Source of the DNA: Acidimicrobiia bacterium
GTDB lineage: Bacteria; Actinomycetota; Acidimicrobiia; Acidimicrobiales; Bin134
Assembly (NCBI GenBank): GCA_022819825.1
Contig: JAJEGM010000010.1
Coordinates: 2,318 to 66,317 of the forward strand
DNA length: 64,000 nucleotides
Direction: 5' to 3'
A program made the position numbers and the translations under genes. The stretch's first letter is position 1. Every line of letters starts with the position of its first letter. Under the pieces are notes generated by a model. That model worked only from the letters and a program-made list of their open reading frames with translations, was not told the origin of the DNA and made no database searches. Shown piece by piece: positions 8,635-18,106 of the stretch.

Positions 8635-10172
8635 GCATCCAGCCGACCGGTTGGCCAGTCGGGGGGATGGCCGGCGGCCCGCCAGGTGGCTGCGGCCACG
8701 GCGGCGAACACGGCGTCGGAGCAGTTGACCGGCGGGCCGCCGGACGGCTCGATCTCCACCTCCACCGGGGGCATCCGAGATGCGGGCACGACGCCGAAAG
8801 AGCGGATAGTGAGGTCGTGGACCTCGCCGTCGGGGCCGACGGTGAGCGCCTCGGAGGTCACCCAGCTATAGGCCATATGCGCGGCGCCGATGCAATAGGA
8901 GCGCAACACGACCTCATCCAGCGGTTCGCCGCCGTACACCTGAATCCGCAGGCTGCTTCCATGCCACTCGGCTCGGGCCGAGCCCCCGCCGGGAGAGGTG
9001 ATCGGATGAAAGCCATCGCCCAACGCGCTCAGCGCTACGGCGGCCTCAACCCACCCTGCGCCCCGAATGGCGACCGAGGTGGGAGGTCCGGCAATGTCCA
9101 CTTCTTCTACCGTCAGGGCAGAGGAAACCGACGCGACGGCCTCGGCCACCCCCGGCGTGCGCACTACCCGAACCACCCCTTGGCCATCGGCATTGATCCC
9201 AATGGCCACCGGCGGGCGTTTGGGGCCGTGCCGCACGGTGTCCTCACGAGACCACAGCACCCGCACCGGACGGCCGTGCTCATCGGCCAACCGACGGGCC
9301 ACTTCCGGGAGCGGAGACGCAAGCTTGGCGCCGAATGCGCCGCCGTTGGCCAGTGGGCTCGCCGGTTCGCCGCCGGGTACACACCACGAAGCGTCGGTTT
9401 CCAGATAGGCGGGCTCCACCCACGAGGTCCGAAGGCGCACTGCCCAGTCGCCTTCCGGGAATTCCAACGGCATAGGCAGCTCTGTCGGCGTGCGTCGGCC
9501 CTGCACTTTTCCCGCTACGGCCCGGGCTTCGGCCACCGTCTCTCCCAGCACCCAACCGCCTCGGCCATCGGACAGCGCCACCAGCGCCCCGTTGGGCCCG
9601 GTGTCGTCGGCAAAGCCACCCTCTCCTAAGGCCACCTCCGGCCCCACGGCCTGGGCAACGCCGCCCTCGATCTCTGCTCGTCGGGCCGCCGCGGCCCAAT
9701 CCCGACCGGGGGCAGCGCCACCAAAGTGCTCCCACGCCTCCAAGATGGTCTGCCATCCCGTGCACCGACACAGATGGGCCGCGAGCGCGGTGGCCGCAGA
9801 TGAGCGGGGGCGATCCTGGTCCAGTCGGGCATCCAGACCGGCGAGGCGCATGATGATGCCGGGAGTGCAGAAGCCGCATTGGCTGGCGCCGGCCGCGCAA
9901 AACGCCTCCCCCCAAGCGGCGCAGGTGTCGGAAGGCAGCCCGGCCAGGGTGGTGATCGCCCGTCCGGCCACCCGGCGGGCGGGGGTCACGCAAGACACTC
10001 GAGGCTTCCCATCAACCCACACGGTGCAGCAACCGCATTGTCCTTGCGGGCTGCATCCGTCTTTCACTGTGCGGATGCCAAGCCGGTCGCGCAACACCTC
10101 CATGAGCGAAGCGCCGTCGTCGGGCACTTCCACGGAGCGACCGTCGACGGTGAACTCCAAAGCGGCGGCCAT
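8616..10172 (-). CDS. fusion of a double [2Fe-2S] CoxS/XdhC-small-subunit-like domain with a shortened XDH/aldehyde-oxidase Mo-subunit-like region
   Basis: The N-terminus has GCSPQGQCGCCTV...C and QCGFCTPG...CRCTG cluster motifs. The C-terminal ~350 aa keeps GGAFGAK (compare GGGFGGK) and RPVRVLWSREDT, but is about half the normal length. Confidence 0.7.
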   Translation of the reverse strand: MAAALEFTVDGRSVEVPDDGASLMEVLRDRLGIRTVKDGCSPQGQCGCCTVWVDGKPRVSCVTPARRVAGRAITTLAGLPSDTCAAWGEAFCAAGASQCGFCTPGIIMRLAGLDARLDQDRPRSSAATALAAHLCRCTGWQTILEAWEHFGGAAPGRDWAAAARRAEIEGGVAQAVGPEVALGEGGFADDTGPNGALVALSDGRGGWVLGETVAEARAVAGKVQGRRTPTELPMPLEFPEGDWAVRLRTSWVEPAYLETDASWCVPGGEPASPLANGGAFGAKLASPLPEVARRLADEHGRPVRVLWSREDTVRHGPKRPPVAIGINADGQGVVRVVRTPGVAEAVASVSSALTVEEVDIAGPPTSVAIRGAGWVEAAVALSALGDGFHPITSPGGGSARAEWHGSSLRIQVYGGEPLDEVVLRSYCIGAAHMAYSWVTSEALTVGPDGEVHDLTIRSFGVVPASRMPPVEVEIEPSGGPPVNCSDAVFAAVAAATWRAAGHPPDWPTGRLDAQSDSP

Positions 10173-10213
10173 TGGATGAGGGTAGCCAGCGCCGGGCGGC
10201 GCGGCGATGGGGG

Positions 10214-10540
10214 TTAGCTAAAGCTCTGTCCGCAGCCGCAGGTGCGCTGAGCGTTGGGGTTGGTGATGGAGAACCCTGCTTCGGTCAGACCGTCTTTGTA
10301 GTCAAGCACCGCGCCCTCCAGCAGGGCGGCGCTAGAAGAGTCAACCACCACCTTGACATCGCCAAAGAGAACTTCCTGGTCTTCGGAACCGAAGTCGGCG
10401 TCGAAATACATCTCGTAGCTGAATCCGGAGCAGCCGCCAGGGCGAACCGCCACCCGCAGGGCCAGTTCCTCGTCGTCGGCCTGCTCTTGGCGAACCAGAT
10501 CTCCGACTTTGCTGGTTGCTGAATCTGTGAGTGTGATCAC
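10214..10540 (-). CDS. HesB/IscA/ErpA-family iron-sulfur cluster insertion protein
   Basis: 108 aa with GGCSGFSY and a C-terminal CGCGQSF motif. GTG start. Confidence 0.9.
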   Translation of the reverse strand: MITLTDSATSKVGDLVRQEQADDEELALRVAVRPGGCSGFSYEMYFDADFGSEDQEVLFGDVKVVVDSSSAALLEGAVLDYKDGLTEAGFSITNPNAQRTCGCGQSFS

Positions 10541-10664
10541 AAACTTCTCCCTACTCGGTGCTGCGACGCGTCATCAGTTTACCCGCAGAAACGGTTGCCC
10601 AACACACCCAACCGCGGCGCACGCCTGTAGAGCCTCACACCCCTACCCGTTAGCATCATTGAGT

Positions 10665-11855
10665 GTGAGCGACGGATCGGCTTCCAATCAGCCAACGGTC
10701 GACGATGTGATGGCCGTGCTGCGCGGGGTTATCGACCCTGAATTGGGCAGCGACATTGTTGAACTGGGCATGGCGCGAGGCGCGGTGGTCAATCCCGACG
10801 GTCTCGTCGAGGTGACGGTGGCGCTCACCACCGCGGGATGCCCGCTGCGGGCCCAGATCCAGCGAGATGTCCGCAGCCGGGTGGGCGGGTTGCCCGGCGT
10901 GGAGAAGGTCAAGATCCACTGGAGCGAGCTGACCCAGGAGGAGAAGGCCGCGGCCATGGCCAAAGCCCGCTTCAACGTGGCCCAGAACGCTCCCGACACC
11001 GCGGTGCCCCCCACCGCCAAAGTGGTGATGGTGGCATCGGGCAAAGGCGGGGTGGGCAAATCCACCGTGACGGTGAATCTGGCTGCCGAACTGGCCCGCC
11101 GAGGCATGCGGGTCGGGGTGATGGACGCCGATATCTGGGGCTACTCGGTGCCCCGAATGCTGGGAGTGGAAGGCCGTTTGGCGGGGGCCGAAGACGAGAA
11201 GAAGATCGTTCCCAACGAGAAACAAGTGGGCGATGGCACCCTGGAAGTGGTGTCGATGGGCTTCCTTGTCGACCGAGAGGAGACCGCGCTGATGTGGCGG
11301 GGCCTCATTCTGAACCGGGCGGTCCAGCATTTTCTCGAGGACGTGCGCTGGGGTCCGGTGGACTATCTGCTGATCGACATGCCGCCGGGCACTGGCGATG
11401 TGCAGATGGGTATCGCCAAAATGCTCCCTCAAGCCGAGATGGTGGTGGTGACCACCCCGGCTCTCAGTGCCCAGAAGGTGGCTACCCGGGTGGCCTCAAT
11501 GGGGCGTTCCAACTATCTCCGGATCGCCGGGGTGATCGAGAACATGAGCGCGTTCGTGGCTCCTGATGGGGCGTCGTACGAGATTTTCGGCCAAGGAGGC
11601 GGACAAGAGCTCGCCGACGAACTCGGTGTGCCCCTGCTCGGTCAGGTGCCCATCGACGGTGCCGTGGCCCCTGGCGGGGACGAGGGGGCGCCGGTGGTGC
11701 TGGAAGACGCCCCTGGTCCCGCGGGTGATGCGTTGCGAACCATTGCCGATCGGCTGTTGGAAGAGATCCCCCCGGTGGATATGGCCTCTTGTACCGCTCG
11801 GATTTTCGAGGCCGCTGAAGAGGCCCTGGCCAAACTCGACATCGTCTCGTCGTAG
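10665..11855 (+). CDS. mrp: Mrp/ApbC/NBP35-family Fe-S cluster carrier ATPase with N-terminal DUF59-like domain
   Basis: Has the deviant Walker A SGKGGVGKST, DMPPGTGD, and an N-terminal VIDPELGSDIVELGM. The start is uncertain: GTG 10665, TTG 10659 or a later ATG. Confidence 0.88.
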   Translation: MSDGSASNQPTVDDVMAVLRGVIDPELGSDIVELGMARGAVVNPDGLVEVTVALTTAGCPLRAQIQRDVRSRVGGLPGVEKVKIHWSELTQEEKAAAMAKARFNVAQNAPDTAVPPTAKVVMVASGKGGVGKSTVTVNLAAELARRGMRVGVMDADIWGYSVPRMLGVEGRLAGAEDEKKIVPNEKQVGDGTLEVVSMGFLVDREETALMWRGLILNRAVQHFLEDVRWGPVDYLLIDMPPGTGDVQMGIAKMLPQAEMVVVTTPALSAQKVATRVASMGRSNYLRIAGVIENMSAFVAPDGASYEIFGQGGGQELADELGVPLLGQVPIDGAVAPGGDEGAPVVLEDAPGPAGDALRTIADRLLEEIPPVDMASCTARIFEAAEEALAKLDIVSS

Positions 11856-11876
11856 GACTCAGCAAAGGAACTCGCC

Positions 11877-12305
11877 GTGGTCGTCTGGTTGGTGCTCCTG
11901 TTCATTGCGGTGCCACTGGTGGAGCTGTATGTGATTGTGGAGACCGCCCGAAGCATCGGAACGCTGGAGACCATCGGCCTGTTGATCGTAGTGAGCGTGG
12001 TGGGGGCGTGGATGGTGAAGGCCCAGGGGCTGGCGGTGCTCTGGCGGGTCAGGAGCAAGCTGGGCGAGGGCGTGATGCCCGGCCGGGAGTTGGTGGACGG
12101 TGCCTTGGTGCTGCTGGCTGGGGCACTCATGCTCACCCCTGGATTCGTGACCGACGCGGTGGGCCTGCTCTTGTTGTTCCCCCCCACCCGAATGGCGATC
12201 CGCCCGTTCATCATCCGCCGTTTTCGCCATCGCGTGACCTACATCGGTCCCGAGGGCACTCGGCCGGGAACCATCCACGACACCGATCTGGCCGATGGGG
12301 ATTGA
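11877..12305 (+). CDS. fxsA: FxsA family membrane protein
   Basis: 142 aa with an FxsA-type N-terminus (PLVELYVIVE) and LTPGFVTDAVGLLLLFPPTR. Confidence 0.85.
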   Translation: MVVWLVLLFIAVPLVELYVIVETARSIGTLETIGLLIVVSVVGAWMVKAQGLAVLWRVRSKLGEGVMPGRELVDGALVLLAGALMLTPGFVTDAVGLLLLFPPTRMAIRPFIIRRFRHRVTYIGPEGTRPGTIHDTDLADGD

Positions 12306-12351
12306 CCGGCTACAGATGACGGCATACCGCTAGCGCCATACGCTGAGACCC

Positions 12352-13623
12352 GTGAGACCCCCTTCGGTGGATGCCCTGGCCCGGTCTTTGACCGACACCG
12401 GGCTTCCCCATCCCCTGCTGGTGGACGCCGCTCGGGCGGCTATCGCCGACGGCGACATAGAAGGAGTGGAGGAGCGGGCCCGTGCCCACGCTCACGCCGC
12501 GGCTCGGTCGCTGCTTCAGCCCGTGGTGAACGCCACCGGGGTCCTGTTGCACACCAACCTGGGACGGGCGCCGCTGGCCATCGCCGCCGAAGCGGCCTAT
12601 ACCAACCTGGAACTGGATCTGTCCTCGGGCCGAAGGGGATCCCGCCACGCCCGTGCCGCGGCGCTGCTCGCCCGGCTGTGCGGCGCCGACGACGCCATCG
12701 TGGTGAACAATGGGGCGTCGGCAGTGCTGTTAGTGCTGGCCGCGTTAGCCGCCGGACGAGGAGCGGCGGTGTCGCGGGGCGAGTTGGTGGAGATCGGCGG
12801 CGGGTTCCGGGTTCCAGAGGTCATGGAGCAGTCGGGGGCGCGGCTTGTGGAGGTGGGTACCACCAACCGCACTCGCATGGCCGACTTCGCATCGGCCGTG
12901 GAGAATCCGGCCAACGACACCGCGCTCGCTCTCAAGGTGCACCAGTCGAACTACCGCATCGTGGGGTTCACCGAACATGTGACCGTGGCCGAGATGGCCT
13001 CTCTCTCCGTCCCGGTGGTGGCCGACATCGGATCGGGATTGGTGGATGCCGCCTGCCCGTGGCTGGCCGACGGCCCACCAGCGTGGCTGGCCGGCGAGCC
13101 CGCGGCCCGCCAGACCCTGGCCGACGGGGCGGCGCTGGTGGTTTTTTCCGGCGACAAGCTGTTCGGCGGTCCCCAAGCCGGGATCATCGCCGGGCGAGCC
13201 GACCTGGTGAGCCAATGCGCTCGACACCCCCTGGCCCGAGCGCTGCGACCGGGAAGCCTGGTGCTGAACGCCCTCCAACAGGTGGCCTTGGCCTATCTGC
13301 GGCGAGACGGACAGGCCATCGAATTCTGGCGAATGGCATCGCTGACCACCGCCGAGCTGGAACGCCGGGCCCATGCGGTGGTGGCCGAGTCGGGGGCGGG
13401 CGAGGTGGCCGAGATGGCGTCAGTGCCCGGCGGCGGCACGCTTCCCGGCACCGAGATCGACTCGCTCGGTGTGGTGTTGGACGGCGATCACTCGGCTCCC
13501 CTGCGCGCCGGGTCACCTCCCATCATCGCCCGAGTGAGCGACCACCGCACTTGGCTCGACCTGAGGACGGTGGCTCCTGACGACGACCAGCACGTGATCG
13601 CCGTTCTGAAAGCCCTTGGGTGA
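12352..13623 (+). CDS. selA: L-seryl-tRNA(Sec) selenium transferase
   Basis: Contains VVNATGVLLHTNLGRAPL and the PLP-lysine motif FSGDKLFGGPQAG. GTG start. The N-terminal tRNA-binding region is shorter than I remember it being in E. coli SelA. Confidence 0.88.
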   Translation: MRPPSVDALARSLTDTGLPHPLLVDAARAAIADGDIEGVEERARAHAHAAARSLLQPVVNATGVLLHTNLGRAPLAIAAEAAYTNLELDLSSGRRGSRHARAAALLARLCGADDAIVVNNGASAVLLVLAALAAGRGAAVSRGELVEIGGGFRVPEVMEQSGARLVEVGTTNRTRMADFASAVENPANDTALALKVHQSNYRIVGFTEHVTVAEMASLSVPVVADIGSGLVDAACPWLADGPPAWLAGEPAARQTLADGAALVVFSGDKLFGGPQAGIIAGRADLVSQCARHPLARALRPGSLVLNALQQVALAYLRRDGQAIEFWRMASLTTAELERRAHAVVAESGAGEVAEMASVPGGGTLPGTEIDSLGVVLDGDHSAPLRAGSPPIIARVSDHRTWLDLRTVAPDDDQHVIAVLKALG

Positions 13624-15338
13624 GCATCACCATCTCCACCGCCGGCCATGTGGACCACGGGAAGTCCACGCTGGTGGAGGCGCTCACCGGGGTTGACCCC
13701 GACCGATTTGCCGAGGAGAAGGCTCGAGGGTTGACCATCGACCTGGGCTTCGGCTCCGCGCCGCTGCCTTCGGGCCGGTCGGTATCGATCATCGACGTTC
13801 CCGGCCATGAGCGGTTCATCCGCAACATGCTGGCCGGGGTGGGCGCAGTGGATGCCTGCCTGTTTGTGATCGCGGCCAACGAAGGGTGGATGCCCCAGTC
13901 GGAGGAGCACCTCCGCATCCTGGAACTTCTGGGGGTGTCGCACGGATTGATTGCCCTGACCAAGGTGGGATTGTGCGATCCCGACATCGCCGAACTGGCT
14001 CGTTTGGAGGTGGAAGAGCGAGTCGAGGACACATTCTTGGCCGGTGCTCCGGTGGTGGAAACCGACGTGGTGGATGGTTTGGGCGTTGATGAGCTCCGCG
14101 CCGAGTTGGACGATTTGGTGGATCGAACCCCCGCGGCTGCCGACCAGCGCCGTCCCCGGCTGTGGGTAGATCGGGCGTTCGCCGCCCGAGGGGCAGGCAC
14201 GGTGGTGACCGGCACCCTCACCGGCGGGCAAATCCGGGTGGACGACGAGTTGGAACTGCGGCCCAAGGGCGCGGCGGTGCGGATCCGGGCGTTGCAGAGC
14301 CACCACAGCCAGCGCACCAAAATCGGTCCGGGCAACCGGGTGGCGGTCAACTTGTCGGGCGTCGGCCACCAAGAGGTCGCCCGTGGCGATGTGCTCGTCC
14401 GGACCGGTCAGTGGCATCTCACCAATCGGTTCGACGCCTCTTTGACGGTGTTGAGCACTCTGGACCACGAAGTATCCCGTCGAGGGGCCCACGCCGTTTA
14501 TGTGGGCGCGTGCGAGCTGCCGGCCCGAATGCGCATCCTCGGGCTTGAGGCGCTGTCGCCGGGCGAAACCGGACTGGTGCGGCTGCATCTCCCCCGCCGG
14601 CTGCCGCTTCTACCCGGAGACCGCTTCGTCTTGCGGGAGAGCGGCCGGGCCGAGACCATCGGGGGCGGCACCGTTCTCGATGTCGACCCGGTGCTACCTG
14701 CTTCGAAGGCCAAGCCCGACCTGTCTGTTGACCGAGTGGTGGCCGAGCGGGGATGGGTGGAGGCTGATCAACTGACTCTGCTTACCGGGCAACGGCGAGA
14801 ACCCGATGTCGGCCGGTGGGTGGTGAGCGCGACCGTGCTGGAGGATGCTCAGACTCGGCTTCGGAACGCGGTGAAAGACGCTGGTCCGCTTGGGTTGGAC
14901 ATCGCCGGATTGGACGAACGAGATCGAGCGGTGCTCAGTCTCATGGTGGACGTGGCGGCCGAGGGAGGCCGAGTTCGCCTCGTCGGCCAGTCGGACCCGT
15001 TCGAGAATCACCGGTACACCGCGGCACTGGAGGCGGCGCCGTTCACCCCACCCGACCCCGAAGCCGTGGGCGTGGACCGAAGCGAGGTGCGGGAGTTGGT
15101 GAAGCGAGGCTTGATCGTGGAGCAAGATGGGGTGTTCTTTGCCGCCGCAGCAGTGGAGGGGGCTCAATCGGTGCTGGCCGAGATGTTGGCATCCCAGCCC
15201 GATGGAGTCACGGTGGCTGAGGTGCGAGAACGCTTGGCCACCACGCGCAAGTACGCTCTGCCGCTGCTGGCGTGGATGGACGGGCATGGCGCGACCCGCC
15301 GAAGAGGTGATGTGAGAATCGCCGGCCCCCGCCTATGA
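13620..15338 (+). CDS. selB: selenocysteine-specific translation elongation factor
   Basis: The GTPase domain has GHVDHGKSTL, DVPGHERF and TKVGL, followed by a C-terminal winged-helix extension. GTG start overlaps the selA stop (GTGA). Confidence 0.9.
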   Translation: MSITISTAGHVDHGKSTLVEALTGVDPDRFAEEKARGLTIDLGFGSAPLPSGRSVSIIDVPGHERFIRNMLAGVGAVDACLFVIAANEGWMPQSEEHLRILELLGVSHGLIALTKVGLCDPDIAELARLEVEERVEDTFLAGAPVVETDVVDGLGVDELRAELDDLVDRTPAAADQRRPRLWVDRAFAARGAGTVVTGTLTGGQIRVDDELELRPKGAAVRIRALQSHHSQRTKIGPGNRVAVNLSGVGHQEVARGDVLVRTGQWHLTNRFDASLTVLSTLDHEVSRRGAHAVYVGACELPARMRILGLEALSPGETGLVRLHLPRRLPLLPGDRFVLRESGRAETIGGGTVLDVDPVLPASKAKPDLSVDRVVAERGWVEADQLTLLTGQRREPDVGRWVVSATVLEDAQTRLRNAVKDAGPLGLDIAGLDERDRAVLSLMVDVAAEGGRVRLVGQSDPFENHRYTAALEAAPFTPPDPEAVGVDRSEVRELVKRGLIVEQDGVFFAAAAVEGAQSVLAEMLASQPDGVTVAEVRERLATTRKYALPLLAWMDGHGATRRRGDVRIAGPRL

Positions 15339-15363
15339 GGATGGGATCAGATCAACGGTGTGA

Positions 15364-15627
15364 TCAGTTCCGGCGGCCGTTGAGGATCTCCCGGCGCTCC
15401 AACTCGTTCAGGCCGCCCCAGATGCCGTGTTGCTCGCGAATTTCCAGGGCATATTCGCGACATTCGTCAATGACACTGCATTCCTCGCAGATGGCCTTTG
15501 CCCGACCTTCCCGCTCGAGCTTCTCTTCTTTGCGCTCAAAAGAGGGGGGCGGGAAGAACACAGCCGCGTGCGGTCCACGACAGGCTGCCTTGACTTGCCA
15601 GGCCCTCTCACTGGTAACAGCGCTCAC
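15364..15627 (-). CDS. whiB: WhiB-family redox-sensing transcription factor
   Basis: 87 aa with four Cys (C16, C47, C50, C56; C16-x30-C-x2-C-x5-C) and the GIWGG turn. Confidence 0.9.
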   Translation of the reverse strand: MSAVTSERAWQVKAACRGPHAAVFFPPPSFERKEEKLEREGRAKAICEECSVIDECREYALEIREQHGIWGGLNELERREILNGRRN

Positions 15628-15726
15628 TCTTGCCTACCCCCTTTTGGCGGACCTTATAGGCGAAGTTGGCCGCGCACAAGATGAGGACAAAGCAATCGAA
15701 GATCACTTTTGGCTGATTTTCGGGGT

Positions 15727-17133
15727 TCAGGACGGCCCGGAGTCCTTTCGGCGGGGCTCTCGGTAGTCACGAGCGGCGCCCTCCAAAGGCTCCACTTCCA
15801 GCCACAAACCGTCAATTTCAGCCACTCTGACCTCGTCACCAGCGGTTACCGGCGTTGCCCGGTTGGCTCGAGCCCGCCACAGGGCACCGCGAATTCGCAC
15901 CACCCCGTCGGGGGAGACGTCTTCGACGACCTCTCCCCGTTCACCGATCATCCATTCCCGGCCAATGGTGGGCGTGGAAAAGCGGGTGCGCACCATCGAC
16001 GGCATCCCCGAGAACATGGCCACCGCCACCGCCCCGGTCATCACCACCATGGGAATCCACGACATGGACACGCCGTCGTAGAGCCACCATGTTCCCGCCG
16101 CGAACATGACCAGTCCAGCGCCGATCCAAAACCGGGGAACCGAGGTTTGGATGTCGATGCCGAACGCCACCATCGATAACCCCAACAGGACCAATGCCCA
16201 AGTGTTGTGGGGCAGCACGGAGAGTCCGTAGCCGGCCAGGATGAACAGCACTGCGCCCACGACTCCGGCAACTCCGATGCCCGCGGTGAAGAACTCGAAC
16301 AGCATCAGGCCCATGCCGATGCTCAGCAGCAGATAGGCCACCGGGGGACTGGCCACGGTGTGGAACAACTGGTGGGCGAGCGACAAACCTCGGAACTGAA
16401 CCTGGGTAATCGGCTCCAGACGAGGCTGACCGTCCACATTGACCAAGTTGGACACGAAGCCGAGATGGTCGAGGTCAACCAGGAAGTCGCCGATGAGCGG
16501 GGCCACGCACTGTTCTTCTTGAGGGGGAACCCGAACGGTTTGGGGATCGAAGGGGATGCCAGCCTCGTTGTACCGATCTCGAAGATCGTCGATGGTGAGG
16601 GGCTCACAGGCGATCACCCCCTCGGAGATGAGCTGTCGCCAACCGAGTTTCTGGTCTCGGATCAGGTCTTGGTTGGCCCAGGCGACGGGATAGTCGGCCA
16701 GCATCGGAAGCGGGGGGCCAAGATCACCCACGCCGGTGCCGGGGGCTATGCCCACCTCATCGGCAGTAGCGAAGAGCTGGGCGACTCTGCCTTCCAGAGA
16801 AGCACCGTTCGGGCCGACCCAAACCGCGATTGGCACCGGCGAGGTGGCAATGGCATGAGCCAGTTCGCCCAGGCGCTCGTCAGAAACCACCGAGCGATTG
16901 CTGTCGACTCTGAAAACCAGAAGAGTGGCACCCGCGTCGGCAGCATCGGCCACCGTGTTCTCAATGAGCTCGGCCATGACCGGGTCCAAAAGGCCGGTGA
17001 CCTCGACTACCACGGCCACGCCGGGATCAGCAGGATCGCTGGACACCGCCGCAGTAGCCGTCGAGCCGAACTGAACCAACACTGCGCCTCCGACGAGGCA
17101 GGCAGCAGCCAACTTCAACCGCGGGATTCGCAC
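15727..17133 (-). CDS. nfeD: NfeD-family membrane-bound ClpP-class serine protease
   Basis: Has a signal peptide, a ClpP-like N-terminal domain, a multi-TM core and a C-terminal NfeD OB-fold (VVRIRGALWRARA...VRVAEIDGLWLEVEP). Confidence 0.8.
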   Translation of the reverse strand: MRIPRLKLAAACLVGGAVLVQFGSTATAAVSSDPADPGVAVVVEVTGLLDPVMAELIENTVADAADAGATLLVFRVDSNRSVVSDERLGELAHAIATSPVPIAVWVGPNGASLEGRVAQLFATADEVGIAPGTGVGDLGPPLPMLADYPVAWANQDLIRDQKLGWRQLISEGVIACEPLTIDDLRDRYNEAGIPFDPQTVRVPPQEEQCVAPLIGDFLVDLDHLGFVSNLVNVDGQPRLEPITQVQFRGLSLAHQLFHTVASPPVAYLLLSIGMGLMLFEFFTAGIGVAGVVGAVLFILAGYGLSVLPHNTWALVLLGLSMVAFGIDIQTSVPRFWIGAGLVMFAAGTWWLYDGVSMSWIPMVVMTGAVAVAMFSGMPSMVRTRFSTPTIGREWMIGERGEVVEDVSPDGVVRIRGALWRARANRATPVTAGDEVRVAEIDGLWLEVEPLEGAARDYREPRRKDSGPS

Positions 17134-17141
17134 TGTTGGAT

Positions 17142-17498
17142 CTACAACGCCTCAGGTGATTCGTCGCTGAGCAGTGAGGCCAGCGCTTCTTCAGGGGTCT
17201 CAGCCACGGGAACAATCCGGTCGAAGCCGGTTGTATGCAGCAGCCGGGCCAATGCCCCTTCACCGCAGGCCACTACAACCTCACCGTCGGAATCGCGAAT
17301 CCGGCGGATGCCGCCGATCAGCGCCCCCAATCCAGCGGAGTCCATGAACGGGACCGACCCCAAGTCGATGAGCAGGCGGGGTTCAAGGGCCAAGTCGCCG
17401 ATCCGCTCCCGAAATTGGGCCACGGTGTAGGCGTCGATCTCACCACTGGGGCGAAGCACCGTGTGAGTGTCTAGATTTTCGACGTCGATCTCGAGCAA
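17142..17498 (-). CDS. STAS-domain anti-sigma-factor antagonist
   Basis: 118 aa with the SpoIIAA/RsbV pattern GEIDAYT...L..V.FMDSAGLGALIG. Apparent TTG start. Confidence 0.82.
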   Translation of the reverse strand: MLEIDVENLDTHTVLRPSGEIDAYTVAQFRERIGDLALEPRLLIDLGSVPFMDSAGLGALIGGIRRIRDSDGEVVVACGEGALARLLHTTGFDRIVPVAETPEEALASLLSDESPEAL

Positions 17499-17644
17499 TG
17501 CGCCTCCCCTTGACCGTCCCTGATGCTAACGCGACACAGCCCCAATGCCATCGCCAAGCCTCGCAGGCCCACGCCATGGTCCGTCAGTCCCAGCCACATT
17601 TCCCCAGCACGCTGAGGCCATATCGATTTGGATACCATCGTGGT

Positions 17645-18010
17645 GTGACCCACGTGCTCTTGGCCACTGACAGCGATTCCGTGTTCAACGCGGTAGATGC
17701 TGCTTTGGGCAGTGATGCCTCCGAGATCAGCAGGGTGCGGGCGGGGGTGGAAGTGCTGGACGCGGTGCGGGAGCAGAAGCCAGACGTGGTGATCTGCGAT
17801 CTTCAGATCGGGAACATGGGGGGGATGGCGACTTGCCTGGATCTGCGTTTGGAGGCGGAAATGGGGCGGGCGCCGGAGACTCGGGTTTTGATGTTGCTGG
17901 ATCGTGAGGCTGATGTATATCTGGCGAAGCAGGCCAGGTCGGATGGGTGGTTGGTGAAGCCTTTGGACGCGGTGAGTGTGCAGCGGGCGGTATTAGCTGT
18001 TTTGAGCTAA
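17645..18010 (+). CDS. single-domain response regulator (receiver only)
   Basis: Contains [23 protein letters not shown] and LVKPLD. I moved the start to GTG 17645; the upstream 49 codons of the ORF have no receiver-like sequence. Confidence 0.78.
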   Translation: MTHVLLATDSDSVFNAVDAALGSDASEISRVRAGVEVLDAVREQKPDVVICDLQIGNMGGMATCLDLRLEAEMGRAPETRVLMLLDREADVYLAKQARSDGWLVKPLDAVSVQRAVLAVLS

Positions 18011-18029
18011 GCCGATATATTTGAACGTA

Positions 18030-18103
<74 letters not shown>

Positions 18104-18106
18104 CCC

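Noticed and set aside
10214-10540. The HesB/IscA gene considered as a possible selenoprotein, given its proximity to selA-selB.
   Set aside because: The ORF is uninterrupted, and all three cluster-ligand positions are ordinary Cys codons (GGCSGF, CGCG). There is no in-frame TGA.
10541-10664. A search for tRNA-Sec (selC) here and in the other intergenic gaps of 95 nt or more near selA-selB.
   Set aside because: None of the gaps contains a TTCAAA anticodon-loop motif or an 8/9-bp acceptor-stem pairing. selC is presumably elsewhere in the genome.
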